In this document: one piece after another, positions 30,155 through 40,516 of the stretch
Numbering within the stretch: the first letter of the stretch is position 1
How the letters are laid out: the number at the start of each line of letters is the position of its first letter
From: Methanobacteriota archaeon
Lineage (GTDB): Archaea > Thermoplasmatota > Thermoplasmata > SG8-5 > JAGLSY01
Reading direction: 5' to 3'
Length of the DNA: 64,000 bases
Assembly (NCBI GenBank): GCA_020697715.1
Contig: JAEHCO010000002.1
Coordinates: 252,667 to 316,666 of the forward strand
Notes under the pieces: model-generated
Databases searched by the model: none
Seen by the model: the letters and a program-made list of their open reading frames with translations, nothing else
Told to the model about the DNA's origin: nothing
Made by a program: the position numbers and the translations under genes

Positions 30155-30700
30155 TCATTCCCATTCCATAATGAACTCGCAATGGTCTGCATCTTTTAGC
30201 TGGCACTGCTTTTCTATCACAGTGCCAGTTGTGTTCGTCATCTCCAGTGCGCCGATAAAACATCCTTTCCAGGCCAGGCAGGAATATTCGCTTATCGCAG
30301 TATCCTTCATTGTTATCAGTGCGCTACTGTCCCTTATGTCCACCTTGAGGGAGCCACTGCCTCTGAAAGCATCCCTGTGGCTTTCTGGTGCGCGACCTAT
30401 TATCTTCTTCACATTGGCGAACCTGACAATGTAGGAAAGGAAACCCAGGTCCTTCACGGTATATGTGCCGCAGCTGACAACCGCCTCTTCGCCTTTGTTC
30501 TTGTATATCCATTCCAGAATATTTTCACTGTATCGGATATCAAACCATATGGCTTCCTTCACCTTGTCGAGATCCAGGCCAACAGCTTTAGCACATTCAT
30601 CTTGGCCAAGCTGACCCCATGTTTTCTTTATGTACTTGAAATAGCCCAAAATAACAGATCCACGACATTCCATAATAATCCTCCATACTCTATTCATCAT
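30155..30700 (-). CDS. V4R/H-NOX-like ligand-binding protein
   Basis: RGSVI N-terminus; C-terminal CQLKDADHCEF V4R-type motif. Confidence 0.6.
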   Translation of the reverse strand: MMNRVWRIIMECRGSVILGYFKYIKKTWGQLGQDECAKAVGLDLDKVKEAIWFDIRYSENILEWIYKNKGEEAVVSCGTYTVKDLGFLSYIVRFANVKKIIGRAPESHRDAFRGSGSLKVDIRDSSALITMKDTAISEYSCLAWKGCFIGALEMTNTTGTVIEKQCQLKDADHCEFIMEWE

Positions 30701-30833
30701 CCAGATAGATATAGGTTATTATGCGAAATGCGATTGTGTTTGATTTTACATGATGATTATTACATTATGTCATTGTTTTTTATGAGCCAGTGCATTAACT
30801 ATAATGAATTATAAATATAGAGTGGTGGCTTAG

Positions 30834-31352
30834 CTATTCATCAAGCCAGTGTTTATTATGATTTGCAATGGTATTATTGTGTAAAATATATCTCAATGCC
30901 TGATTTTGCCTTTGAATACCCATATTTGAATATTTACCGACCATGTAGACAGACCAGCTGTAGCTCAAAAACATGACAATTGAATATATGAAAAAAAACA
31001 TATATAACCGAACACTAGGTAAAGTTAGCATTAGCCACGAAGGGGGAATAAGACATAATAAAAATGCAATTATTGCCATTCGCTTACCATTTTTTTCAAA
31101 TTCGCCACTGCTATTACAACTATATCTTAAATGAACATGGTCATCTTTCTCATAGATATTAACTGAGCCTTTTGCTTCAACCAGAAACTCATCGATCTCC
31201 CACTGAAAGATCATTGGCCATCGATGGCCTTCTAAGATAAAATTGGCACGATCTTTATTGTTCGTGTCTATTATTATCAAGCGACCTCCTTTTTGGATGC
31301 CCTCTAAGTATTTCTCGAAATTAAAATCGCTGGTCTTTGCAATTGCAACCAT
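30834..31352 (-). CDS. Hypothetical membrane protein (AT-rich)
   Basis: 172 aa ORF with two TM segments. Confidence 0.55.
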   Translation of the reverse strand: MVAIAKTSDFNFEKYLEGIQKGGRLIIIDTNNKDRANFILEGHRWPMIFQWEIDEFLVEAKGSVNIYEKDDHVHLRYSCNSSGEFEKNGKRMAIIAFLLCLIPPSWLMLTLPSVRLYMFFFIYSIVMFLSYSWSVYMVGKYSNMGIQRQNQALRYILHNNTIANHNKHWLDE

Positions 31353-31506
31353 TTGTTTCCCTGCCTACTCTTCCATCTATTATTGTATCTTAATCGCAAT
31401 CCCTACTTAAATGGCTTGCGGTGGAATACCCATTTTCCCAGTATATCATACCAGGGCAATTAACTATATATTGGATATTTCCATCACCCCTCATCGAGGT
31501 TTTGCC

Positions 31507-32808
31507 ATGACGAACGTGATAGGAATAAGAAGAGAGGACAAGAACGAATGGGAGCGCAGAGTTCCACTAATACCTGAACAAGTTGCGGAACTAGTTCAGC
31601 AAGGCGTGGAGATAATTGTCCAGCCATCTGATATAAGGATATTCAAGAATGAGGAATACACGGAGGCAGGAGCCACTGTTCAGGAGGATCTTTCTGGATG
31701 CGATTTCGTGCTGGGCGTGAAGGAATTCCCCATACCTGCCTTGATCGACAACCAGGCTTATATCTTCTTCTCCCACACGATCAAGGGGCAGAGCTACAAT
31801 ATGGCCATGCTCCAGAAGATACTGGATTCCAATGGCACTCTTCTTGATTATGAAAGGGTGACCAATGATAAGAATCAAAGACTGGTATTCTTCGGCAATT
31901 ATGCGGGATTGGCTGGTATGATCGAGACCTTGCACACCTATGGAAAGCGTATGCTGTGGGAGGGCGTTAAGACTCCGCTCATCGACCTCAAGAGACCATT
32001 GGATTACAGTAGCCTGGATGAGGCGAAGGAAGCCCTGATAAATGTGGGTGAACAGATAAGAACAGAAGGCTATCCTGAATCTATTGGCCCATTGGTCGTT
32101 GGCTTCGCGGGCTATGGAAATGTGTCCAGAGGGGCGCAGGAGATGTTGGACCTCTTGCCAACCGAGGAGATCCAACCAGGTGAATTGGCAGCCTTTATCG
32201 AATCTGGCAATTATTCTAATAAGGTGGTCTATAAAGTGGTCTTCTACGAGAAGGATATGTTCGAGCCCATAGACCAGGCTCATCAATTCGAGCTTCATGA
32301 TTATTTCAATAACCCGGGAAAGTACAAGGGAGTGTTCAATCAATATATGGACAATCTAAGTATGCTGGTCAATTGCATTTACTGGACTCCTGATTATCCA
32401 ATTCTTGTCACAAAGGATTGGATAAAGGACAATTGGACAATGGATTCCAAGATGAAGGTCTTCGGAGATATCACATGCGATGTCGAGGGATCTGTCGAAT
32501 GCACATTGGAAGCAACCGAGCCAGGAACTCCATGCTATGTCTATCTGCCAGAGACCGATGAGATGATATATGGCTGTGAAGGCGAAGGGCCAGTGGTCAT
32601 GTCCGTCGATACCTTACCATCCGAGCTTCCCAGGGAATCATCCACATTTTTCGGAGGCCAGATGATGCCTTTCATGAAAGCCATCGTCGCTACGGATTTC
32701 AAGAAGGATTTTGCTTCACTGAACTTGCCACCGGAGTTGAAAAGAGCCACTATCACACACCAGGGCAAGTTGACACCGGATTATGAATACATCCAGGAAT
32801 TCTTATGA
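31507..32808 (+). CDS. Lysine-ketoglutarate reductase (LKR domain of AASS type)
   Basis: IGIRREDKNEWERRVPL, FFSHTIKGQSYN, LDYE, RLVFFG, GNVSRGAQE, DITCD and LPSELPRE motifs; GAGGT RBS. Confidence 0.88.
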   Translation: MTNVIGIRREDKNEWERRVPLIPEQVAELVQQGVEIIVQPSDIRIFKNEEYTEAGATVQEDLSGCDFVLGVKEFPIPALIDNQAYIFFSHTIKGQSYNMAMLQKILDSNGTLLDYERVTNDKNQRLVFFGNYAGLAGMIETLHTYGKRMLWEGVKTPLIDLKRPLDYSSLDEAKEALINVGEQIRTEGYPESIGPLVVGFAGYGNVSRGAQEMLDLLPTEEIQPGELAAFIESGNYSNKVVYKVVFYEKDMFEPIDQAHQFELHDYFNNPGKYKGVFNQYMDNLSMLVNCIYWTPDYPILVTKDWIKDNWTMDSKMKVFGDITCDVEGSVECTLEATEPGTPCYVYLPETDEMIYGCEGEGPVVMSVDTLPSELPRESSTFFGGQMMPFMKAIVATDFKKDFASLNLPPELKRATITHQGKLTPDYEYIQEFL

Positions 32809-33350
32809 GTATAGAATTCCGCAAGCTGGCAAGAAATGAGATATCGCTCCTGAGACAGATAGACAGGAGCGAGACCATAGACGGAATTTATTATCACAAG
32901 GACGGTCAGCTCGTTCTGGAAAAGGAACATCATGATGTGTCCAATGAATGGTGGCAGAGCCAGAGGATAGAGCCAGTCATAATTCCCGAGCTAGAGCGAT
33001 TGCTCGATTCCGGCGGGGTGGCCTTCGGTGCCTTTGATGGCAAGGGCTTTGCAGGTATCGTGGCATTGGGCGCGGACCAGATCGGAAAAGAAAAAGATAC
33101 TCTCATCATGCATTTTCTTCACATAAGCCAATCGTATCGGGGTCGTGGCATAGGTAGCACCCTGGTCAGCATGGTGAAGAAGACCGCTTTGGAGAGGGGC
33201 GCAAAGCGTTTGTACATATCCTCGATACCATCCAAGAACTCGGTATCCTTCTACCTTAATCAAGGAGCCCGGGTGGCCGAGACCGACGAGGTCGAGCCAA
33301 ACCTTTTCGAATTGGAGCCTGAGGACATCCACATGATATTGCCTCTTTAG
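32805..33350 (+). CDS. GNAT acetyltransferase
   Basis: YRGRGIG, FYLNQG and EPEDIH motifs. Confidence 0.88.
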   Translation: MSIEFRKLARNEISLLRQIDRSETIDGIYYHKDGQLVLEKEHHDVSNEWWQSQRIEPVIIPELERLLDSGGVAFGAFDGKGFAGIVALGADQIGKEKDTLIMHFLHISQSYRGRGIGSTLVSMVKKTALERGAKRLYISSIPSKNSVSFYLNQGARVAETDEVEPNLFELEPEDIHMILPL

Positions 33351-33393
33351 TGCAATAGGACGATAACCTCTTAACTTCGAAACATTAATTTAA

Positions 33394-33837
33394 TTGAATA
33401 TCAATAATGTTGTAATGAGTTATCCCACCAAGCAGTTTCTGGAAATTGAGCAAAGTTATTTCCAGGAGATAGCCAGCCTCGCCTTCAATGACCTCAAGGA
33501 AGAGCTGGAGAGGCATGATAAATTGATCATCATAGATATCTCGGATAGCCAGGCATCCATTTCCATATCATCCAATGAGAACAAGCTCGAGTTGAAATAC
33601 GAGCTTGTCATATCTCCAAATAATACTCTATATTCGATAAGCCAATATATCAGAAATGATGATCTGGTAACTAAGAAGAAGGAACTCAAGAAGGTCGACC
33701 AGATCCTGACGGTCTCCGAGATCCTTGCCGAGGACATCATAAATGACCTGCTGGACAATTACAGGTCTTCAGATCCCTTCGCAAAGTTGGTCATGTCCTC
33801 ATATAATGAATATTATGACAATATTGTATCATTATGA
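33394..33837 (+). CDS. Hypothetical protein
   Basis: 147 aa ORF; start may be 33415. Confidence 0.55.
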   Translation: MNINNVVMSYPTKQFLEIEQSYFQEIASLAFNDLKEELERHDKLIIIDISDSQASISISSNENKLELKYELVISPNNTLYSISQYIRNDDLVTKKKELKKVDQILTVSEILAEDIINDLLDNYRSSDPFAKLVMSSYNEYYDNIVSL

Positions 33838-33960
33838 CCTGTAATATAGCAGTTTTATCCCCGATATTTCACTACTATATAGATACATATTTGTAGCCTG
33901 AATCTATCCCCCTTTCTCAATACGGTTCTCTTTGATGAGAGCCGAGAATGAGGTGAATAA

Positions 33961-35277
33961 ATGGCATCTGTATTGGTATTGGGAGCAGGCTCCGTGGCCC
34001 CGCCCCTTGTAAGGTATTTATTGGATCAAGAGAATGTTACGGTCACTGTCGCAAGCAGGACCGTGAGCAAGGCCGAGAAGATCATAGCGGGACATCCAGA
34101 CGGAACCCCCATGGCTCTCACTGCTGATCAGGACGAGCTGCTGGAAGAGCAGGTTGCGAAGCACGATGTCTCCGTAAGCCTTCTTCCGTATGTCTTCCAT
34201 GTCAAGGTCGCCAAGCTGTGCATCAAACACAAGAAGCACATGGTCACCACATCTTATGTTAGTGCGGAGATGAAGGCACTGGATGCAGAAGCAAAAGCAG
34301 CTGGCGTCGTAATTCTCAATGAGATCGGACTGGATCCTGGTATCGATCACATGTCCGCGATGAAGATAATCAATGAGGTGCAGGAGAATGGCGGAAAGAT
34401 ATTGTCCTTCAGATCCACAACTGGCGCACTTCAGGCCTTCGAGGCCAACAATAACCCATTTGGATACAAGTTCTCATGGGCACCCCGTGGAGTTTTACTT
34501 GCATCTAAGAATGCCTCCCAGTGGCTGGAAAATGGCCAGGTCAGGAAGTATCCTGGCGAGCAACTGTTCGAGAATTATGATATCATCGATGTTCCTGGCG
34601 TAGGGGCTTTCGAGAACTACCCCAACAGAGATTCCGTACCCTACAAGGAGATATACGGTCTCAAGGACGCGGAGACCGTTTACAGGGGCACATTCCGTAT
34701 GACTGGATGGTGCGAGACCATGCGCAATGTCATGGCACTTGGCTGGCTTGGAGAGGATGAACTGACAGGCCTCAATGGTACGACATACGCTGACGTGACC
34801 CGACACTTGATCGGTTCAACAGATGCAGATGTAGAGGCCGCAACCACCAAATTCCTGGGTCTGACACCATATGCCACAGCCATAAAGAGAATGAAATGGC
34901 TTGGTCTTTTCAGTGACAGGCCATTGCCAAATGGACCTAATACACCGATCGATCATCTCAATGTCATATCACTCGATAGGATGGAGCTTGGAGATGGGGA
35001 GAGGGACATGATCGTCATGTTCCATGAATTCCTCACCGTGAAGGCAGACGGTGTTAAACAGAGGATAACTTCCACCTTCCTTGACTTTGGTATTCCCGAT
35101 GGGGACACATCTATTGCGAGGACTGTTGGGCTTCCAGCGGCCATTGGCGTGAAGATGATCTTAAATGGCAAGATAACAGAACCCGGTGTTCATGTTCCTG
35201 TCACGAAGAACATCTACGAGCCTTGCATGGATGAACTCGAGACCATCGGCATCAAGTTCATCGAGAGATATGAATAG
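33961..35277 (+). CDS. Saccharopine dehydrogenase (glutamate-forming, Lys9/AASS-SDH type)
   Basis: VLGAG, SLLPY, NEIGLDPGIDHM, YKFSWAPRG, YPNRDS and ARTVGLP motifs. Confidence 0.92.
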   Translation: MASVLVLGAGSVAPPLVRYLLDQENVTVTVASRTVSKAEKIIAGHPDGTPMALTADQDELLEEQVAKHDVSVSLLPYVFHVKVAKLCIKHKKHMVTTSYVSAEMKALDAEAKAAGVVILNEIGLDPGIDHMSAMKIINEVQENGGKILSFRSTTGALQAFEANNNPFGYKFSWAPRGVLLASKNASQWLENGQVRKYPGEQLFENYDIIDVPGVGAFENYPNRDSVPYKEIYGLKDAETVYRGTFRMTGWCETMRNVMALGWLGEDELTGLNGTTYADVTRHLIGSTDADVEAATTKFLGLTPYATAIKRMKWLGLFSDRPLPNGPNTPIDHLNVISLDRMELGDGERDMIVMFHEFLTVKADGVKQRITSTFLDFGIPDGDTSIARTVGLPAAIGVKMILNGKITEPGVHVPVTKNIYEPCMDELETIGIKFIERYE

Positions 35278-35314
35278 ATATGAATAGATATACATATCTC
35301 CACAAATAGAATTA

Positions 35315-35356
35315 CTGTCGGGCCTTCAAAGCCCGACAGATCCCTTTTCTTTTTTC
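35315..35356 (+). terminator. Hairpin plus T tract after SDH
   Basis: CTGTCGGGC / GCCCGACAG then TCCCTTTTCTTTTTT. Confidence 0.7.
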
Positions 35357-35415
35357 ATCAACTTAGTATTAACAGATCACTATACAGCACAGAAGCTAGA
35401 TCATTAAAAATTTAT

Positions 35416-35451
35416 AAAGCAAAAGTTGGGGCAGCTTTTTAAACTGCCCCA
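35416..35451 (-). terminator. Hairpin terminator of the solute-binding protein gene
   Basis: TGGGGCAG / CTGCCCCA; T-rich on the minus strand. Confidence 0.55.
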
Positions 35452-35477
35452 TTATTTTTCATAGCTCACAGCGGGGC

Positions 35478-38129
35478 TCACTCTTCTCTCTTTCTTCTTA
35501 CGATAAGAGCGATACCTGCGAATGTGACCAATACAATTACCACTGATGGTGCTGGTATGATCTCATTTTTACCGTCAGTAACGTTGCCATCATCGCTGTT
35601 ATTTGTATCGTCACCAGACTCTGGTGGGTATGTGATCATCTTCACCACATTCACGCTGGTTGACTTATCCTTTGAATTGTAGCCATCCATGCTCGCCTCT
35701 AGAGTTATACTGAAGGTGGTATCAACGGTCACATTGCCTGCGATGAAATCAACAATGAACTCTCCGCTTGCATCAGTCACACCACTGTATTCTGACAGAG
35801 ATCCGCCAAGTCCAGTTGGTGATACTGATAATGTGACATTCGCACCTTCTACAGATGCTTTTGTTACCTGGTCCATTATAACATAGGTAAGCGTTGTTGA
35901 GTTTCCAGATGGTATGGAACTTAATCCCTTGCTGACCTCTATGGTGAAATCATTCTTCATTGTTTTTACGGTTATGTCTATATCACCAGAACTTGTTCCA
36001 TAAGAGACCATTGCTACATTTGCGACTATGGTGATAGTGCGTGTACTATCAACCTCTGGAGCTGTGTAAGGAACTGTGTAAGCACCTGAGCCTGCATTGT
36101 ATACGGGTATGCCAAAGGTTCCTTCTCCACTCATGATCGGGTTTGCTTCCAGTGGGTTACCATCGATATCTTCTATCTTGATCAGAAGATTGGTATCGTC
36201 ACCACTGAGTATTCCATCATTTGCAACTGCAAGTGGAAGAGAGATACTAACATCCATTCCTCCCTCGTTCATACCGTTCCTAAGACTGATGAAGGACCAG
36301 AAATTATTGATGCCTCCAAGGGTCTTGACCCATCCAACGAAACCAGAGCTGTTATGTGCATGGTTAACGCGGAATGAGAATAATGGTATGGATGGGACAT
36401 AATCTGATATGAGGCCCTGTGCTTCCTTGATATATTTTGCTCTCATGTCTGGATCCATCTGGTTCTTGGCCTTGTTGATAAGGTGATCGAATCCACGGTA
36501 TGAATAGCTGACATTCAATCCCAAGCTCAAGTCCACTGCATTATAGGTGGCTGCCTCAAGGGTTATCATGCCTGTGTCAAGATCTACTGTGTATCCTGTT
36601 GCTATGATGGCTCCATTGCTCTCAAGGACAACACTTCCTTCCAGGTTTGTGTTGTTCAGGTAGCATGAGTATGTTCCATTGTCTATCTTGTCTGCAATGG
36701 ATTCACTGGTAACATCGACGATCGGCTTGAAGTTAAGAAGGTTATCATCTGTTGCAATGCCTTCTGAGCTGAACATCCCCTCAAGGTATTGTGGGTCAAT
36801 GCTTGCTCTTTCTTCTGTAAATATGAACATATCGAAGTTATTTGCTTTGATATCTACAAGGTGATTCGCGTCAATGTCTGATACGAGTTCGACATTGATG
36901 CCTAAGTCTTGTAACCACTCTGTTATTATTCCGGCCATCACATTTGGTGTGAGGTCCTGCTCTGGTGGTCCAAAGAGTTTGAATGAGAAAGATGTACCGT
37001 CTGGCTTATCTCTCCATCCATCACCATCGTAATCATAATAATCCGCATTGTTGAGGATATTACTTGCTTCCGTTGTGTCGAAGGGGTAGGTGGTTATGCT
37101 TGAGTTGTACCATGGTACATTGTATTTGCTGACCACTGACTCGGATACTTCCAATCCTCCGCCTATATCGAAGACTGTGAGTGAGGCCTTGTCAAGAACA
37201 TGCGCTATTGCCTTTCTCAATGCAGGCTCACCAAGTACGTGGTTCTCGTCGCAGTTCATTCCAAGGTACCAGAAGTCCATTCCACTGCTCCTATCGACAG
37301 ATACGTTCGCGTTCTGTACAAGATTTGTGTAATTGCCTGTTCCAATTGGTTCTTCCACCATCAATGTGGTGTCATTGGAAGTAAGATCCCAGGCAATGAA
37401 ATCTATCTTGCTTGTGATTATATCATATATCGCACCTAAGTTATCCTCATAGTATGTGTATGTGATGGAATCCAGATATGGTCGTCCCTTGAAATAGTCA
37501 TCAAAGGCGATCACTTTGCTGGTACTTGCATCGAGATAATAAGGTCCACATCCCATTTCCTCTGTGGATGTCTTTAGATATCCATCCTTTACGAGTTTGA
37601 GACTGACAACCTCGCTGAAGAATCTTGAATCCGGTGAATCCAGATCAAATATGACTGTGTTGTTAGTAGCATCTGTGGTGATAGCGGTTATGTATGGAAT
37701 ATCATAGCCATCTGGACCAAAGGTGTACATAACATCATCAACTGTAACTGCTGAGCCATCGTGCCACTTGACATCGGTCCTCAAAGTTACATTCACTATG
37801 CTACCATCATTTGGGTCTATTTCCCAATCGGATGCTATCCATGGTTCAAGTGCATATGTATATGGGTTTATTCGACCCAGTGAGTCATACATTATGTCTA
37901 TTACCTGCATTGCAGGCTCGTTTATCGAATCATTAAGCGGATTGAACGTATTAGGTTCTCCTTTCAATGCAACACGAAGGTTACCACCGTATTCTCCACC
38001 AAGTATCTGGGCTTCTGCGTCCAGGCTGGTTGAGAACATGGCTGACATTCCTGAGAACATCAGGGCCACAACTACCATGGTGACCATTCCAACTTTCATC
38101 GCACGTGAGGTTAACTTCTCTCCAAACAT
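35478..38129 (-). CDS. ABC transporter family-5 (peptide) solute-binding protein with Ig-like domains and C-terminal membrane anchor
   Basis: KWHDGSAVTVDDVMYT, GCGPY, LRKAIAH and DGDGWR motifs; C-terminal IPAP-TM-RRKR tail. Confidence 0.88.
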   Translation of the reverse strand: MFGEKLTSRAMKVGMVTMVVVALMFSGMSAMFSTSLDAEAQILGGEYGGNLRVALKGEPNTFNPLNDSINEPAMQVIDIMYDSLGRINPYTYALEPWIASDWEIDPNDGSIVNVTLRTDVKWHDGSAVTVDDVMYTFGPDGYDIPYITAITTDATNNTVIFDLDSPDSRFFSEVVSLKLVKDGYLKTSTEEMGCGPYYLDASTSKVIAFDDYFKGRPYLDSITYTYYEDNLGAIYDIITSKIDFIAWDLTSNDTTLMVEEPIGTGNYTNLVQNANVSVDRSSGMDFWYLGMNCDENHVLGEPALRKAIAHVLDKASLTVFDIGGGLEVSESVVSKYNVPWYNSSITTYPFDTTEASNILNNADYYDYDGDGWRDKPDGTSFSFKLFGPPEQDLTPNVMAGIITEWLQDLGINVELVSDIDANHLVDIKANNFDMFIFTEERASIDPQYLEGMFSSEGIATDDNLLNFKPIVDVTSESIADKIDNGTYSCYLNNTNLEGSVVLESNGAIIATGYTVDLDTGMITLEAATYNAVDLSLGLNVSYSYRGFDHLINKAKNQMDPDMRAKYIKEAQGLISDYVPSIPLFSFRVNHAHNSSGFVGWVKTLGGINNFWSFISLRNGMNEGGMDVSISLPLAVANDGILSGDDTNLLIKIEDIDGNPLEANPIMSGEGTFGIPVYNAGSGAYTVPYTAPEVDSTRTITIVANVAMVSYGTSSGDIDITVKTMKNDFTIEVSKGLSSIPSGNSTTLTYVIMDQVTKASVEGANVTLSVSPTGLGGSLSEYSGVTDASGEFIVDFIAGNVTVDTTFSITLEASMDGYNSKDKSTSVNVVKMITYPPESGDDTNNSDDGNVTDGKNEIIPAPSVVIVLVTFAGIALIVRRKREE

Positions 38130-38372
38130 GAGTTTTCTCCTCCTGACTGATTATCACAAAACAGATTTTAGTTCCTACTGGACAAGTCTATTCTGTTGTA
38201 GTGAGAGAAGGAATATTGTGTCTATATATATACTTTCCGTTAGTTAGATTTATAAAGATGTATAGAGGATATCATGATGAATGGTTAATTTAATTATCCT
38301 AAATGTATCTTAATTAATCTTTATTAATCTTAAAATCTTAAATAAAATTCTGAAATGTAAAATTCTGAGATC

Positions 38373-38747
38373 CTAAATTGAATTCTTAACAGCTGATCCA
38401 ATGGCATGCACAATACCATCCCCATTTATACCTACAAGTTGGATCCCATTATCCTCAATGAAGTGGTTGATATCATTAGCTATATTGGAGAATTGTGTCC
38501 CCATGAGCATATTCTCCATTTTCTCGATGGAATCCTCCGGGTGTGCGAAGAAATCTCCTGTGATCCTTATCTCTTCAATGGTATTATCTTTCATGGTCAA
38601 TGATACTTTGATCATCTTTCCCTCAGGGATCTTGTAGATCGAACTGCCTTTTGAGATGCGAGGCGAATTATCTCCTGAAGATCCTGTTGAATTATCTCCT
38701 GAAGATCCTGTTGAATTATCTTTTGAAGTTCCAGGTGTCTGTTCCAT
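38373..38747 (-). CDS. Lipoate-protein ligase C-terminal domain protein (LplB-like)
   Basis: YKIPEGKMIKV and IRITGDFFAHPE motifs; follows LplA. Confidence 0.85.
   Translation of the reverse strand: MEQTPGTSKDNSTGSSGDNSTGSSGDNSPRISKGSSIYKIPEGKMIKVSLTMKDNTIEEIRITGDFFAHPEDSIEKMENMLMGTQFSNIANDINHFIEDNGIQLVGINGDGIVHAIGSAVKNSI
38665..38736. repeat. 24-bp tandem repeat at the lplA/lplB junction
   Basis: GAATTATCTCCTGAAGATCCTGTT x2 plus a variant copy containing the lplA stop. Confidence 0.85.
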
Positions 38748-39477
38748 ACTTCTCCCTCCTTATCTTTTCCATCAATTCCTTCTCTTCAGAAGTTATCTTC
38801 TGTAATACCAGTTCAACACCGAGGGCTTCTGAAAACCCCTCGATCATGGCTTTTTGTATCATATCATGTTCTATTTCCTGGCTCAATTCCTGAGCAATGG
38901 ATGTGACTCTTTCTTCGACAGCGGAGATCATCTTGTCCCTTATCTTCTCATCTGGGACAAGTAGCAGATCGAACATCGTCCTGACATCGACAGTTCGTAA
39001 TATCGTGCCATGCTGGAGGACATTTCCGAGGCGCCGGGTCTGGGCATTTCCTGATATCTTTTTGCCTCCTGAGATTATGTCGTTTATGGGCTTGAACTCG
39101 GAGCTTATGCCCAATCTTTTCAGACCAAGAACAATACCATTGCAAAGGAAGTCATAGGAATCCAGGATATTATCGGATATCTTTGGATGTTTCTCATCCA
39201 CGATGATGCTGTAAGTAAGTTCATCATCGTGATATACTGCTCCACCACCAGTTATCCTTCGTACGACATCGACCCCACTGGCGCTGCACTTTTCGATATC
39301 CGTCTCTTCTCGAATGCCCTGAAAATACCCAATTGATATCGCTTTTGGCTTCCAGGAATAGAAGCGTACTGTCCCGATATCCTTGCCCTTGTTCAGCCGG
39401 AGCACGGCCTCGTCCAGTGCCATATTCGAGGCCGCATCCATATCGCCAGTCAATAATAATCTCCACTTCTCAGCCAT
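38716..39477 (-). CDS. lplA: Lipoate-protein ligase A catalytic subunit
   Basis: NMALDEA, RRITGGGAVYHD, ND..KKISGNAQ and LQHGT motifs. Confidence 0.9.
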   Translation of the reverse strand: MAEKWRLLLTGDMDAASNMALDEAVLRLNKGKDIGTVRFYSWKPKAISIGYFQGIREETDIEKCSASGVDVVRRITGGGAVYHDDELTYSIIVDEKHPKISDNILDSYDFLCNGIVLGLKRLGISSEFKPINDIISGGKKISGNAQTRRLGNVLQHGTILRTVDVRTMFDLLLVPDEKIRDKMISAVEERVTSIAQELSQEIEHDMIQKAMIEGFSEALGVELVLQKITSEEKELMEKIRREKYGTDTWNFKR

Positions 39478-39492
39478 ATTATCACTCCAGTT

Positions 39493-40452
39493 TCACTCTC
39501 TCAAATATCTCTTGATAAGATTTATAGATTCTGTATGCTCGTTATCTGTCAAAGGCCTTGGATAATTATAGGCTGGCCCCCTGACCCTTTCATTGTAATA
39601 GGGTCTGTTGCAGTTCTTACAACCGGAGGTCTCGAAAGCCTCTGGTCCTATCTTGTACAGTATGTTCGAGCCATTACCGAGTCCGACCAATCGACCATTG
39701 GATATTGTTGTATCCGATGGTCCGATATGCCCATTCAACATGAGATATCTAAGACCCTGGATCACCCTATATCGATCCAGGTTTGGTGGTTCTCCATCAC
39801 ATCTCACGCCTGGGAATGAAGTGTAGGCAAAAAGCCCCACAGTGATATTCCTGCTATTGCACCAGCCAAGGATGTTCATGATATCCTCATCTGTTTCTCC
39901 CAGCCCGACAATGATATGCGTGCTGGTCTTCCCTTTGAATACCTGGCTTGCCTTTTCGAGGGATCGCAGATGCTCTTCCCAAGAATATGGATTGCCAACT
40001 AAAGACCCTTTTACATTCTCGAACACGGAACGGCTGGCAGCATCAAGGGATATTCCTATTCTGCCCAATCCCGCATCTTTTAGCCTGGCAAGGTCATCAT
40101 CATCCATTGGCTCCACCGCCGCCGATGTCGGGATATTGATCTTCTTCAATTCTTTCACCAGTTCCAACAGATCATCCACCATCCCATCATATGTCAGTGT
40201 TTGAAAGCATGCTCTTTTCATTTGATCCGATACTGCCAGTTTGCCGATGACATCTTCCCATTCGAATTCCGGCCACATCACTCTTGATAGATGATCCTTT
40301 GACGAATCATTCTCGATAGCCTGGGTGCAGAAAGAGCAATTATTAGTGCAACCATCACCCAACATGATGTACGTGGTGGTGGGATCGACATTTTGCTTTC
40401 CTCTCATCAGACCCAGGCTTATGGCCGATCCAATGGACAATCTGATCTTCAT
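39493..40452 (-). CDS. Radical SAM protein, LipS2-type lipoyl synthase subunit
   Basis: CTNNCSFC; LSRVMWP; C-terminal TSGCKNCNRP; directly upstream of lplA. Confidence 0.78.
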   Translation of the reverse strand: MKIRLSIGSAISLGLMRGKQNVDPTTTYIMLGDGCTNNCSFCTQAIENDSSKDHLSRVMWPEFEWEDVIGKLAVSDQMKRACFQTLTYDGMVDDLLELVKELKKINIPTSAAVEPMDDDDLARLKDAGLGRIGISLDAASRSVFENVKGSLVGNPYSWEEHLRSLEKASQVFKGKTSTHIIVGLGETDEDIMNILGWCNSRNITVGLFAYTSFPGVRCDGEPPNLDRYRVIQGLRYLMLNGHIGPSDTTISNGRLVGLGNGSNILYKIGPEAFETSGCKNCNRPYYNERVRGPAYNYPRPLTDNEHTESINLIKRYLRE

Positions 40453-40516
40453 GCGATTGGATACACTACAAAACTTAAATAACTTGGTTCGATTAACTTG
40501 GAGCATAGGGATCAGC

